From: a virus | Lineage: Duplodnaviria; Caudoviricetes | IMG/VR virus record: IMGVR_UViG_3300025665_000804 | Location: 1-38,977 of that record | DNA length: 38,977 nt | Direction: 5' to 3' (one strand) | Shown here: positions 26,789 to 36,836 of the stretch, piece after piece | Layout of the letters: the number at the start of each line of letters is the position of its first letter | Numbering within the stretch: the stretch's first letter is position 1 | Notes under the pieces: model-generated | What the model was told of the DNA's origin: nothing | What the model saw: the letters and a program-made list of their open reading frames with translations, nothing else | The model's database searches: none | Translations under genes and position numbers: made by a program

Positions 26789-29700
26789 TTATGACTGCCG
26801 GATCAGCGGTGCTCCACCTATACCACGAAAACCCATAAGGTTTTGAGAGGAAGACTTGGAGCCTGGACCAGCAACACTTATCGAACCAATCAAGAAGGGG
26901 AGCAAGGCTGCGGCAGCTTGACCGAGACCGTTCGCATTCGGATTGATTCCAACATTTACATTTAAATTAGGTGCAACACCCGCACCAGAATTTATCGCAT
27001 CTATGGCTGAAGGTCCACCGATATTGGATACAGCCGATCTATTGAGAACAGCTTCACCGGTTTGAAGTAGAGCAGGTACATCGTCAGACATTGAAGCCCT
27101 GAAGTTTCTTCGAAGAGTGTCTCCAACCATGCCGCCATCCAGAAATCCCTGAACCCCCGCTGCTCTGTATCGACTTGCAAGGGGCTTGTTCTTCATTCCG
27201 GATGTGACGTTACCACCATCGTGAAAAATTGCGCCCAAAATGCTCCCTAATGCCCCGCCTGCAATAGCCCCCACCTTAGCGCCCGGAACTCCGCCAAAGA
27301 TAGCCCCGAGTCCCGCACCAATGGCTGCACCACCCGTGAGACCTGCCGTCACCTTTCCGCCTTCTCCAGTAGTCAGGTCTTCGAATATCCTCGCGATACC
27401 AGATGATAGTGACTTCAGAATTCCGATTGTTATCGCTTCACCTATGCCACGGAAGACCCCAAGAAGTATTCCCGGAAGACCCCTGATTAACGCGAACAGT
27501 CCTCGAGCAAGCGCCTCTATAAGCCTTGGGATCAACCTGATTACTGCGGCAATGATATCCGGTAACGCATCCACAACTTCTTGAACCAGAATCTCAAAGA
27601 ACTGAGGAAAGTATTCTCCGAAAGCATCGAGTGCTTCTACGAGACCCTTAACCAGGAGAGGGAATACCTCTGGCAGTTTCTCTGTTACAGTCTGGAAGAA
27701 CTGAGTCACGAGGGGTCCGAGTTGCTCTGCGATATTAAGTGCAGCCTGAACAGACCTATTGATCTCTTCTTCAAGTCTCTCTGCTGCACTCTGTGGCTCA
27801 TCGCCCTGCTGGCTCCTGAGTAATGCAGCGAGAGCAGCCTGCTCCTGTGCAATCTGGTCATTGGATGCACCGCTTCTTTGTAGTTGAGCAAGAGTAGCCC
27901 TCTGAAGCTCGAGTGCTTCCTTCCTGTCTCTCCTGTCCTCTTCCTCCGGAGTATCTGCAAGGACGCCCACGGCTGCCCCTAGAGACCCAAGAAGCCTTCC
28001 AATAGGTGCAGATATCGCGGTACCGATTGGTGTAAGGATGTCGCCGATGGTTTTAACGAACAGGTTCGCGACCATAAGGACGCCTTCGCCAGTTACTCGA
28101 ACAAAGAGATTTGCTGCTCCAACAATCCCGCCGGCAACACCCCGTATGAATCCGCTCTCACTCTCCAGGTTCAGCGAGAATAAATCGCCAAGCTTAGCGT
28201 CGATCAGGTCTCTGCCAGCCTGGAATACTGCAGGAAGCTCTGCCACTGCAGATCCAATCGCGCCCGATATCTTTGCACCAAAACTAAAGCTAAGGTCGCC
28301 CAGTGCTTGAAAGCTAGAGTCCAGAATCTTACCGGGAACTTTCTCGGTCTCATCTACAAACTTTCCGAAAGACTGATCCAATTTAATCGCCGAGGCGTCT
28401 GCCGCTGCAAAAGATCCTGCAAGTCTCTCCACAAGCCCAACAGCCTCTAACAATTCTCCGTCTAGAGACTGAATAAAGTTTAAGGATTCAGGGTCTGTAC
28501 CAACTGACCTCTTTAATGCGTCCAAGGTGTCCTTTAGGGACTTCCCCGCTTTGGAGACTTCATTAACCGATCCCGATGAGAGAGCTTTAGAAAAAGACTC
28601 AAGTGATGCACGCGCCACCTCCTCAAGCCCAGCGGGAGCCTTATCCTTAAGGTCCTTTATAACCTTAAGCAGCGGGTCACCAATCGACTCCCCCGTGATA
28701 CCTAGATTAGAAAGACGCTCCCTTATCCGGTTCCTAATTGAAAGTATAGTGTCGTCAATTTCCTGTCCCGTCTCAGAGGAGACAAACTTTACGTTAGCCC
28801 TAAACTCCTGCCTCTCGATATCCGAAGCAAAGGATTCAAGGAACTGCTGGTTCTTTCTCTTTACTCCTTCAGCGAGTTGATCACTGTAGGTCTTCAACAA
28901 GGAAAGTCCGCGCTCCTGCCTCTTCTTCTGAAAGTTCTCTTCAGCCTTCAGAAGCGTGTCGGTACCGTCACTTACTTCCTTCAAAGCGGCAGCAGTTTCC
29001 TGGACCACCCGCTCCACGTTATTCTCGTCGGCAAGCCTTTCACGAAGGACGCTTAAATCTCTTGCGTTGGATGCAAGCCTCTTAGCCTCCGCAACTCTTT
29101 GTTCGCCAGTGAGAGACTGCAGCAACTTAATCTGTCTTACTAGTCCCTTATACCCCTCCCTAAGCTTGTTTACCTCTGCAGAGGATACGTCAGCCGTTCC
29201 ATCTAACTTGGTGTCGCTCAAGTCTTGTATAAGCTGCGCCTGCTTTTGAAGCGAATCAAAGGCGTCAGCCTGGCTTTTGTCAAACCTAAACTGTGCGGAT
29301 TCTACTCCCGCGATATCTCTGAGTACGTCAAGACGCGCCAACTCTTTTGTTACAAGATTGCCAACAGCTCTCGCGTCAGCTTCTTTGTTTTTAAGGGACT
29401 GAAGTTCTAGCATCTGACTCTCGGCGAACGCCTGGTTGATGCTGACGTATGAATCGAGAATTTGCTGCCTAAGCCTAATCTCAAGAGCAAGTATATCTGT
29501 AATAGCTTTAGATATCTTTGCCGATCTCGCCTTTCTCTTCGACTCCTTTAGTGCCGCTTCAGCAATCTCCTTGGACTTAAGAAGTCGATCATCTTCGTTT
29601 TGAAGAAGAGCTATGGCTGACTTGAGTTGCCTTTGCTTAATATTAAGAGCATCCTTGTTACTATTAACGCTTGCAGCAGCAACCTCTCGCTCTCTTACCA

Positions 29701-32335
29701 ACTCCTCTCTAGTTTTCTTAATAATCGATAGGCGATCCGACTGAAACTTTAGAGATTTTTTTGTCTTATCCAAGGACTGCTGTCTTAACTGCTCAAACCC
29801 TCCCCCTAGCGTCTTAGCTTCCCCCAATAAAAAGTTAAGATCTGATTGATCCTTTTTCACCTTTCCTGAAGTCTTCAGCCTCTGACGATCAAGCGACTCA
29901 ATTTCCCTCGTAGAGGACTCAATGCCCTCTGCATACTGAAGGGATTCACGATCAAGTTCCGCCGACCTCTCAAGCGTTCCGTTTAGCTGAGACTGCAAAA
30001 TATTTAAGGTAAGCTTCCTGGATAACTCTGACTGCTGCTGCTCACTAAGGGCTGTACCGATCTTCAATGCACCCTTAAGACCAGAGACAAACTGTGAAAG
30101 CGTCTGGACTGAGCCTCGGCTGCCGTCCCTAAACCCCTCAAGAAACTTTACCGCCGCATCCTTGCCCGCACTCAGCAGTTCATCAGAGATATCCTCAGAG
30201 ATAATCCCTTCCTTAAGTCCAGAGATGGCATCTATAGACCCTCCCCTAATAAGCGCACCAAGTCTCTCCGAAGCTGGTCCGATAGTATCATCCTGGATAG
30301 GAGCCGGAGAAAAGTCGAATCGTGTCCCTTTATTCACTTCTTCAAAAAAGGAGCCCATTTCACTTCCTGAAGAGAAGCCTTTTCTTTCGGCAAGCTTATC
30401 CAACTCCGCATTAAGACGTTCGCCCTGAATCTTACCTCGACGCATCCCATCAACAACAAGAGCAATCTCTTTGTTTATGTTGGTGAAGCCGCGAGATGCA
30501 AGACGAGCTGAATTCTTTGCAAGATTATCGGTGATCCCGAATCCGTCAGTGATGGGACCAATAATCTGCCCTATCCGGGCCCCCACATTCGCAAGACTGT
30601 CTGTAATAAGAGTAACCGTAGGTCCCATTCCCTTTATAGATTTATCTATATTCTCACTCGCAGCCTCTATGCTTGGAGAGTTTTTGGCAATATCCTTGAA
30701 TGCCTTAACAAGCTGATTCGACCTAAATATTAATAAACCAAATGCGCCAGCCAGCCCAGTAGATAAGGCGACACCAGCGGCGAGACCAGCCTTAGCTAGG
30801 CCGGCTAGAGCAGTTGCGCCAAAAAGGGCAGCCGTGCCAATATTTCTTACTACTCCAGCATATGATGTAAATGCCGCTTTAGCCGGAATGAAAGCAGAAA
30901 GTGATGCTGCCGCTACCCTCGATCTAATTACGGTAGCTTCGAAGGCGATTAGAGTCTTAGTGGCAGTAGCAATTTTGCCGGATATAGATAAAAATACGGA
31001 CCCGACCTTTAATGAGGCTAAAACTACTGCAAGCGACTGAATAGATTCCTTAAAATCGGAGAAAAGGGATATTGATCCACGGACAAAGGACTCAATGCTC
31101 TTCAATGAGTCAACGGCGAAATCCTCGAAAGCCTTGCCTGAAAGGGTCTTATTGAGATCGCCAAGATCCTTGTTGAGCCTATCCAGTATCCCCTTTGATG
31201 CAATGACTGATACACGTCCGATATTACTGCCTAGCTTGGCAAACGTCTCAGAGAACTGGACATCAATCTGCTTATAGGCTTTCGAGGTGTCTCCCGTGGC
31301 AACGGTGAGTTGTCGCTGGAACTTGGCGGTCTGCTCAAAGTTCTTACCCACGGAAGCTACAGCGGGTATCAGAGCTCTAACATTTGGGAACAACTCACTT
31401 AGGACAGTAATGCTGCCACCGGTAGCCTCAGTGAGATTCTTAAGTGACCCTATAAGTCCACGATCTCGAAGCATCTCAGCACCAAACTTAATCTGCTCCT
31501 GTCCAGACTTCTCAAGTTCTACGTTCAACTTTGCTATGGTCTTAGTTGTTTTAGCCGCAGGCTTTATAATTGATCTAAGAATATTCCTAAGACCCGTTAC
31601 AGCCTCTGAAGGCTTCACACCCTGACGAGTTAGCTGAATGAGCACCGCGAGAACATCATCTAAAGATACTCCGGCAGACGCAGCCAAAGGAGCAATACGT
31701 CCAACACCTCTGGATAACTCATCGAACCTAATCCGACCCAGCTTTACGGTCTTGAACAACTTGTCGCTGACCTCTGTGGCAAGTATCGACTCTCTACCGT
31801 AGGCATTAAGAACAGAGACAATTCCGTCTACAGCGTTCTCAGTAGTTGTCAGTCCCGCAACAGCAGCCTTTTGAGATGCAGCAAGAACAGCAAACGCACC
31901 AGCATTGCCCTCTACAGCCGGAATGCCCGCAGATATTGTCTGATAAAGACCCCTGCTTAGATCGTCCACAGTTTTAGATGTCTGGGTAGATAAATCCAAA
32001 AGCTGCTTTTCATAGCTGGCTATTGATACATCGCCCTCCTTCAAGAGCGTGTTTACTTCTGCAAGACCCAACTGAAAGTCGGCAGTAAACTTAAGTGCAG
32101 ATGCAGCGGCAGCACCAGCGCCGAACACCGCCAATGCACCAGTCGCCTGCACAAGAAGACCTGCGAACGAACCTACCGACGCGCCTATGCCACCAAAAGC
32201 TCTAGCCAGCCCAGCAGCATCCCTGTTCGCCTTCTTGGTAGCCACGCCGATCTTGGAGATTGAGGTAGACAGGGAACGCAGCTCGCGTGTCGCCTGAAGG
32301 ACGTTGATACCGACTTTTAAATTTAATCCAGCCAT
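26789..32335 (-). CDS. Tape measure protein
   Basis: 1848 aa helical; TP901-type core (GLYQTISAG, SDKLFKTVKLG, SEAVTGLRNIL), hydrophobic segments, C-terminal FHDGG/FLDGG...DDVPALLQTGEAVL. Confidence 0.95.
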   Translation of the reverse strand: MAGLNLKVGINVLQATRELRSLSTSISKIGVATKKANRDAAGLARAFGGIGASVGSFAGLLVQATGALAVFGAGAAAASALKFTADFQLGLAEVNTLLKEGDVSIASYEKQLLDLSTQTSKTVDDLSRGLYQTISAGIPAVEGNAGAFAVLAASQKAAVAGLTTTENAVDGIVSVLNAYGRESILATEVSDKLFKTVKLGRIRFDELSRGVGRIAPLAASAGVSLDDVLAVLIQLTRQGVKPSEAVTGLRNILRSIIKPAAKTTKTIAKLNVELEKSGQEQIKFGAEMLRDRGLIGSLKNLTEATGGSITVLSELFPNVRALIPAVASVGKNFEQTAKFQRQLTVATGDTSKAYKQIDVQFSETFAKLGSNIGRVSVIASKGILDRLNKDLGDLNKTLSGKAFEDFAVDSLKSIESFVRGSISLFSDFKESIQSLAVVLASLKVGSVFLSISGKIATATKTLIAFEATVIRSRVAAASLSAFIPAKAAFTSYAGVVRNIGTAALFGATALAGLAKAGLAAGVALSTGLAGAFGLLIFRSNQLVKAFKDIAKNSPSIEAASENIDKSIKGMGPTVTLITDSLANVGARIGQIIGPITDGFGITDNLAKNSARLASRGFTNINKEIALVVDGMRRGKIQGERLNAELDKLAERKGFSSGSEMGSFFEEVNKGTRFDFSPAPIQDDTIGPASERLGALIRGGSIDAISGLKEGIISEDISDELLSAGKDAAVKFLEGFRDGSRGSVQTLSQFVSGLKGALKIGTALSEQQQSELSRKLTLNILQSQLNGTLERSAELDRESLQYAEGIESSTREIESLDRQRLKTSGKVKKDQSDLNFLLGEAKTLGGGFEQLRQQSLDKTKKSLKFQSDRLSIIKKTREELVREREVAAASVNSNKDALNIKQRQLKSAIALLQNEDDRLLKSKEIAEAALKESKRKARSAKISKAITDILALEIRLRQQILDSYVSINQAFAESQMLELQSLKNKEADARAVGNLVTKELARLDVLRDIAGVESAQFRFDKSQADAFDSLQKQAQLIQDLSDTKLDGTADVSSAEVNKLREGYKGLVRQIKLLQSLTGEQRVAEAKRLASNARDLSVLRERLADENNVERVVQETAAALKEVSDGTDTLLKAEENFQKKRQERGLSLLKTYSDQLAEGVKRKNQQFLESFASDIERQEFRANVKFVSSETGQEIDDTILSIRNRIRERLSNLGITGESIGDPLLKVIKDLKDKAPAGLEEVARASLESFSKALSSGSVNEVSKAGKSLKDTLDALKRSVGTDPESLNFIQSLDGELLEAVGLVERLAGSFAAADASAIKLDQSFGKFVDETEKVPGKILDSSFQALGDLSFSFGAKISGAIGSAVAELPAVFQAGRDLIDAKLGDLFSLNLESESGFIRGVAGGIVGAANLFVRVTGEGVLMVANLFVKTIGDILTPIGTAISAPIGRLLGSLGAAVGVLADTPEEEDRRDRKEALELQRATLAQLQRSGASNDQIAQEQAALAALLRSQQGDEPQSAAERLEEEINRSVQAALNIAEQLGPLVTQFFQTVTEKLPEVFPLLVKGLVEALDAFGEYFPQFFEILVQEVVDALPDIIAAVIRLIPRLIEALARGLFALIRGLPGILLGVFRGIGEAITIGILKSLSSGIARIFEDLTTGEGGKVTAGLTGGAAIGAGLGAIFGGVPGAKVGAIAGGALGSILGAIFHDGGNVTSGMKNKPLASRYRAAGVQGFLDGGMVGDTLRRNFRASMSDDVPALLQTGEAVLNRSAVSNIGGPSAIDAINSGAGVAPNLNVNVGINPNANGLGQAAAALLPFLIGSISVAGPGSKSSSQNLMGFRGIGGAPLIRQS

Positions 32336-32413
32336 TTTAATACTCTAGCACAATCTGAGGTACTCTGATATACGTTGAGCACGATATGCAGTTGACACAT
32401 TATAGGAGAAGAA

Positions 32414-32950
32414 ATGTCAAAAAAGTCTCTCGATAAGTTCCAGGCGTACCGACCTAAGACCGACGAGGTTGCAGTAGGTGACGATGTCTTAAGCCTTAAG
32501 ACGGCAACCCTAGACCAAGAGTCCAGGTTCCTGTCACTGCTAGATGGTCTTGACATCGGGAAGCTCCTCGAGGCTGTAACATCTCTTGCACCAGACCCGA
32601 ACGATCCGGATGGTGGCAGTATACTGAAAATTGCACAAGTTGGTCCCCAAATCTGGGATGTTGCACGAAAAGTTCTTGGTAAGCAGTTTGCCCCAGCGGT
32701 TAGAGACGGGTCCCTAGTAATGCTCGACACTCGAACAAACCTAGACATTCTAGTTAAAGCTGGCGTAGTCGAAGAGGATGATTCTGAGACAGGTGCCGAT
32801 GGTGAATACCTTGGTAGCCGTTCAGTCCGACTCTTCATCAAGAACAACCTCACCCTTATCCAAGGCGTACAGATTGTAAAAGCAGCATGGACTCTCAATG
32901 GATACGGTGACCTTATGGGAAACCTGATGCCCCTCCAGAACGAGGGGTAG
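32414..32950 (+). CDS. Tail assembly chaperone G-like
   Basis: Lies between tail tube and tape measure; AGGAG RBS; in-frame G GGA AAC slippery site near the 3' end. Confidence 0.8.
   Translation: MSKKSLDKFQAYRPKTDEVAVGDDVLSLKTATLDQESRFLSLLDGLDIGKLLEAVTSLAPDPNDPDGGSILKIAQVGPQIWDVARKVLGKQFAPAVRDGSLVMLDTRTNLDILVKAGVVEEDDSETGADGEYLGSRSVRLFIKNNLTLIQGVQIVKAAWTLNGYGDLMGNLMPLQNEG
32917..32949 (+). other. Programmed -1 ribosomal frameshift signal
   Basis: GGGAAAC at 32917-32923 in X XXY YYZ phase; downstream hairpin UGCCCCUC-CAGAAC-GAGGGGUA; -1 frame opens right after a TGA at 32908-32910 and runs into the next ORF. Confidence 0.85.
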
Positions 32951-33408
32951 ACTCACTCCCTGACTGGATGCCTGATGAGTCTGTCATTGCTACAATGGCC
33001 GCGCATGCAGTTGGAATCTCGAGAGACCACTACCTGGTTACGAGGACACGGGAGCAGTTTACCTTAGACGCCCACTCAATAATGAAATCAAGTCTGCTCA
33101 CCGTTGAAGTTGTCTCCTCAATGTTTGGCGGAGAGTCTTCCGGAGAAGGGGGAATGCAGCCTGACAGAAGAATGGCTGACCCCTATGATGAAGTACGGAA
33201 CTTTGTACCTGATGACCCAGAGCATGTAGAAAAGGCTGGCCCAGAAATGAGCGACCCTCAGGCTGCCGCATGGGCTAGACGTGAAGCAAGGTCCCATAAA
33301 CCATACTCCTGGTACAAGATGTCTCCAAATAAGAGATACAATGTAGTGAATCTGGATACCAGAAACCCAAAGAAATTCATGGCTGGAGTGAAGAAGTTCG
33401 GAGGGTAA
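32923..33408 (+). CDS. Tail assembly chaperone T-like (C-terminal part of GT fusion, ~331 aa)
   Basis: -1 frame reads (GK)PDAPPERGVDSLPDWMPDESV...; the ATG at 32968 has no RBS. Confidence 0.75.
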   Translation, partial: PDAPPERGVDSLPDWMPDESVIATMAAHAVGISRDHYLVTRTREQFTLDAHSIMKSSLLTVEVVSSMFGGESSGEGGMQPDRRMADPYDEVRNFVPDDPEHVEKAGPEMSDPQAAAWARREARSHKPYSWYKMSPNKRYNVVNLDTRNPKKFMAGVKKFGG

Positions 33409-33412
33409 AGGC

Positions 33413-33444
33413 GACCATGGAGCCAGGACGTAGACTCCATGGTC
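33413..33444. terminator. Hairpin between convergent chaperone and tail-tube genes
   Basis: Perfect inverted repeat GACCATGGAG-N12-CTCCATGGTC; no long U tract on either side. Confidence 0.6.
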
Positions 33445-33460
33445 TGGGGAATGTTTAGCC

Positions 33461-34096
33461 TTAAGGAGCCGGACTAAAGGATGGCTCATTAGCAGCCGCG
33501 TCTGGAAGAGTGCCTCCTTGAGGGTCTGGCGCATACAGGTAGCCTAGAGGCGCAGCAGGGCTACCTCCCATAGAGTCACCACGGTCATCAAGAGCGTTAA
33601 ACTCGATGGGAGAAGAGATTACCTCAGTTCCGCCGCCAATGGTAAGAGGAGCAGCATTTCGAGCCTTCCAGATAACCATGTCCATGATGAAACCGTCGCA
33701 TCGGGCACGAAGGGCACGAACTGAAACAAAAGTATCAGTACACTGAGCGCCAGGATAAACAAAGTTGCTCGTAGCCGAAACGTCACCATCAACCGCCAGA
33801 TGAAGATTACTCTTCATTAATTCCGAAATCTCACCGCTGAACTTCATGCCAACCTGAGTTGGGGTAACAAGCTCAACGACCTGAGGAAAAGTTGTGCCCA
33901 AGAACTCGGTGTCTTCACGAGAAATCTCAAGCGCACCTTCGCTAACTACACCTAAGTAGAATGGATCGTTTGCACTAGCAAACCCGTCCTTAACCACGTC
34001 GACGTGAGACCAGAACCCCTGGAAAAGGTTCGATGTTGAAAGAACGCTTTGAGCGCCCATTTGTTGATAGTGTTTTGAACCTGAATAATCAGACAT
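33461..34096 (-). CDS. Major tail tube protein
   Basis: 211 aa, acidic and beta-rich (YLGVVSEGALEISRE, FSGEISE, PIEFNALDD); canonical position after the tail terminator. Confidence 0.8.
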   Translation of the reverse strand: MSDYSGSKHYQQMGAQSVLSTSNLFQGFWSHVDVVKDGFASANDPFYLGVVSEGALEISREDTEFLGTTFPQVVELVTPTQVGMKFSGEISELMKSNLHLAVDGDVSATSNFVYPGAQCTDTFVSVRALRARCDGFIMDMVIWKARNAAPLTIGGGTEVISSPIEFNALDDRGDSMGGSPAAPLGYLYAPDPQGGTLPDAAANEPSFSPAP

Positions 34097-34108
34097 TTTA
34101 ATTCTCCA

Positions 34109-34666
34109 TTAAGTTGTGTAGAACGCAGCCAAACCAGCCATGTCCTGTATTAATTGAAACCTTAGTGTAAGGGTAACACGCCGAAAGTCTTGATAAAAGT
34201 CCAATCTACGACGGTCCTCTGGCTCACCAGCCTGCCCCTGACTGTTAATCATATAGATACACATGCCTGCATCCACTGGGTTATTGATGTCCGAATAATC
34301 GAATACATGGAAGATGCCCTTCTGGACACCGCCAATCTTTAATCCTGAGAAGGGTGTGAGTATTTCATCTGCAATCTCATCTACAAACATTCCGAACGGA
34401 TCGCCTGATGCCTCACCCTCTTCACCAACTCGAGAATAACAATCTACCTGAAGCAAAGCAGAACCCTTGCGCCCAGCAGTCTGCTGAAGAAAGGCGGTCT
34501 CTGCCCATGCGCGGTACTGCTGACCTGTCGCATCTCGAAGGCTGTCCGGATCGCCATAGTAGTAGTCATGAAATATCGGCGCTTCATACCCATCCACGAG
34601 GACCGAGTTACCCATGTAGACCTGGATACTTCTACGGATGTTTGTCCATTTCCTTGCAGCAGACAT
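34109..34666 (-). CDS. Putative tail terminator / completion protein
   Basis: Synteny, size and LQVDCYSR strand. Confidence 0.6.
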   Translation of the reverse strand: MSAARKWTNIRRSIQVYMGNSVLVDGYEAPIFHDYYYGDPDSLRDATGQQYRAWAETAFLQQTAGRKGSALLQVDCYSRVGEEGEASGDPFGMFVDEIADEILTPFSGLKIGGVQKGIFHVFDYSDINNPVDAGMCIYMINSQGQAGEPEDRRRLDFYQDFRRVTLTLRFQLIQDMAGLAAFYTT

Positions 34667-35313
34667 TATCTGACCCTCGAGAAGCCTGAAGACAACGACG
34701 ACGACTTGGACCTAGAAAAGCCCGCACGGGATCGGGAGCCTAGTGAAGACTTAACGTTCTCTCGAAACTTAGCCTCCAAAACCTTAAGGGCTTTTCGAGT
34801 GTCTCGCTGAAGCTTGTCATTACCTTTTCTAATCATTCCTCTAGCTTCAACGCCTGGATGCATTACTGGACCTGGACCTTCAAACCATCCGCCCGCCTTA
34901 AACTGGAATATAAGGTTAGCCACCCGGCGTGCCTTAATAGGATATCTGGACTTATTCTTTCCGTATAGACCTGTTCCGTACTCGAATATCTCGAGAAGCG
35001 TAGTGGTGCCCCTGCCTGATTTTCTTGGAGAGTTCGCATAGGGAATCACGTTCTCTATCCGTAAGACAAGCTCGCCCGACTTCTTAGAGCTCCTGACCTT
35101 CCATCCAGTAGGCAGTCGTTCACCGGGGGTGTTGGACGCAACATTGTCCCTGACATCTTCCATAATCTTTCTAAATGAAGGATTCATTCTTCGACGAGTA
35201 TCTCTGTTGACAGCGAGCTTGCCGCCAATTGCGTCAACGATTGCCTCTTTAAGTTGCTTGTCTAGACTTCTTTTGCCTTTAACTAATGCTGAACCGAGCT
35301 CAATATTAATCAT
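34666..35313 (-). CDS. HK97 gp10-like neck / tail-completion protein
   Basis: Basic protein; TP, PYA, FEYGTG, VMHPGVEARGMI motifs. Confidence 0.75.
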   Translation of the reverse strand: MINIELGSALVKGKRSLDKQLKEAIVDAIGGKLAVNRDTRRRMNPSFRKIMEDVRDNVASNTPGERLPTGWKVRSSKKSGELVLRIENVIPYANSPRKSGRGTTTLLEIFEYGTGLYGKNKSRYPIKARRVANLIFQFKAGGWFEGPGPVMHPGVEARGMIRKGNDKLQRDTRKALKVLEAKFRENVKSSLGSRSRAGFSRSKSSSLSSGFSRVR

Positions 35314-35807
35314 GTTATCCCATCCCTGGAATAGACTACCCTTAAATGAATTAGCCCTGTTCCTCGAATCGGATTAACAGACTCAATTGAAAAGTAAGCC
35401 TCCCCATAGACAGGATCATCAATCTTCACATTATCTGTGACCATGATTCGGTCTGCGGGGATTGTTCCTGCAGCAGGGACATCAGCAACGAGAAGGCTTC
35501 TCTCACCCTCTTTGACTCGGACAGCGTTCGTCTCATCTCGAGCTCCTTCCCATTCATTAGGAAGAAAAAGTGTTGCGCTTAACCCATTGAGCCCTGCTAC
35601 TGGAGACCATTGTGCTGCAACACCAAGCGCAGTATTAGCATCTTGCGTTTTAGTCTTACGGACAATGTCGATGGTTCTTGGTATGCCGCCAGTAGGTTGC
35701 TCCACGAGTTCACTGGCAACACGGGCAGCCTGACGCACCAACTCTTGAGAGTACTGCGTTCCTGACAACCCTAGCCAATTATCTAATCCTGTTCGTGTTT
35801 CTGCCAT
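35310..35807 (-). CDS. Putative head-closure / head-tail joining protein
   Basis: Synteny; beta-rich with C-terminal FSIESVNP...HLRV; ATGA overlap with the next gene. Confidence 0.6.
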   Translation of the reverse strand: MAETRTGLDNWLGLSGTQYSQELVRQAARVASELVEQPTGGIPRTIDIVRKTKTQDANTALGVAAQWSPVAGLNGLSATLFLPNEWEGARDETNAVRVKEGERSLLVADVPAAGTIPADRIMVTDNVKIDDPVYGEAYFSIESVNPIRGTGLIHLRVVYSRDGIT

Positions 35808-35917
35808 ACTACCAGCCTACCAAAACATATTATTCAAACGAAACTTATTTTGAATCTTCCATTCCATCATAAACCAGTTTACTCTTGTTGTTTACCCATT
35901 GAGAGAAAAGAGAGAAA

Positions 35918-36214
35918 ATGAATACATATTGGAGAGCTGATGGCCTATGGGGATGCAACAGGCATCTCGTAAGCAAGTTTCCCGCCACGCTTAAGAAGTG
36001 CTACTATTCTGACTGCGGCAAGATGTGCAGTGGTCGACCCGAGCTTAATCAAAGAGTTGCCCCAGTGGACCTATGTAGTATGAACGGGTGCGGTAAGACT
36101 AAGCGGGACGGGTCGAAGTACTGCTCCGATTACTGTAGAAAGAATTATGCTAGAAGTAGATATGCAGAGAAGATGAGGAATAAGAGAAATGGATTACAAC
36201 AAATCACGAGTTGA
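35918..36214 (+). CDS. Small Cys-rich zinc-finger protein
   Basis: CYYSDC..C, CSMNGC...SKYCSDYCRK followed by a basic helix. Confidence 0.65.
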   Translation: MNTYWRADGLWGCNRHLVSKFPATLKKCYYSDCGKMCSGRPELNQRVAPVDLCSMNGCGKTKRDGSKYCSDYCRKNYARSRYAEKMRNKRNGLQQITS

Positions 36215-36836
36215 GTCAGGCGAGGTTACCGAGTGGATGCTCGAGAGAATGGTTTCACTCTGGCAGTCTGAGAATGGTCTTGTGGCGGACGGGAAGTGTG
36301 GACCTGACACGCAGTCAGCATTATTCAATACAAGAGAGTCCGAGATTGAGTACGAGTGCTCATTTCTTGCTGCCGAGTCTCTTGGGATCGCCAAGTCTCA
36401 AATTGGTCAGGGTGAAGTTGGTGGAAACAACTCTGGTCCTTACGTTGAAATGCTTCTTCACAAAGAGTACGACGGCGACGATGATGATGATGGTGCATGG
36501 TGTGCAGCGTTTGTCTCATTCTGCATTTCTGAGGCATCGGGTGGAAACCCTCCTTTTGAAATGTCGTTTGGCGCTAAGGCTATATTTGGAAACGCTGCTG
36601 CCTTTGGGTCCAAGAGTATGACGCCTAAGGCTGGCGATATCGTGTGCTGGGATCGAGGAAGCCTGAACCCTGATGGCACTAAGAGTTGGCAGGGTCACGT
36701 CGGGTTTGTCGAGAGGGTTGATGGCGATATATTTTATACCATCGAGGGCAACAAGGGCAGCTACCCTTCTAAGGTTGCCAGGTTCAAGTATGAGCTCAGT
36801 AAGGAGTCTAGGCTTGAGGGGTTCGCCTCTTTCTAG
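36189..36836 (+). CDS. Endolysin-like protein: peptidoglycan-binding domain + CHAP/NlpC-P60 peptidase
   Basis: WQSENGLVADGKCGPDT (PG_binding_1), AWCAAFV, GHVGFV, IEGN. Confidence 0.88.
   Translation: MDYNKSRVESGEVTEWMLERMVSLWQSENGLVADGKCGPDTQSALFNTRESEIEYECSFLAAESLGIAKSQIGQGEVGGNNSGPYVEMLLHKEYDGDDDDDGAWCAAFVSFCISEASGGNPPFEMSFGAKAIFGNAAAFGSKSMTPKAGDIVCWDRGSLNPDGTKSWQGHVGFVERVDGDIFYTIEGNKGSYPSKVARFKYELSKESRLEGFASF

Noticed and set aside
26789-32335. Many plus-strand ORFs inside the tape measure and other long genes
   Set aside because: Antisense open frames caused by codon bias; Ser/Pro-rich translations without RBS.
32323-32898. Minus-strand 191-aa ORF as the co-oriented tail chaperone
   Set aside because: Unprotein-like composition, no RBS, overlaps the TMP start; the plus-strand ORF has an RBS and the frameshift signal.
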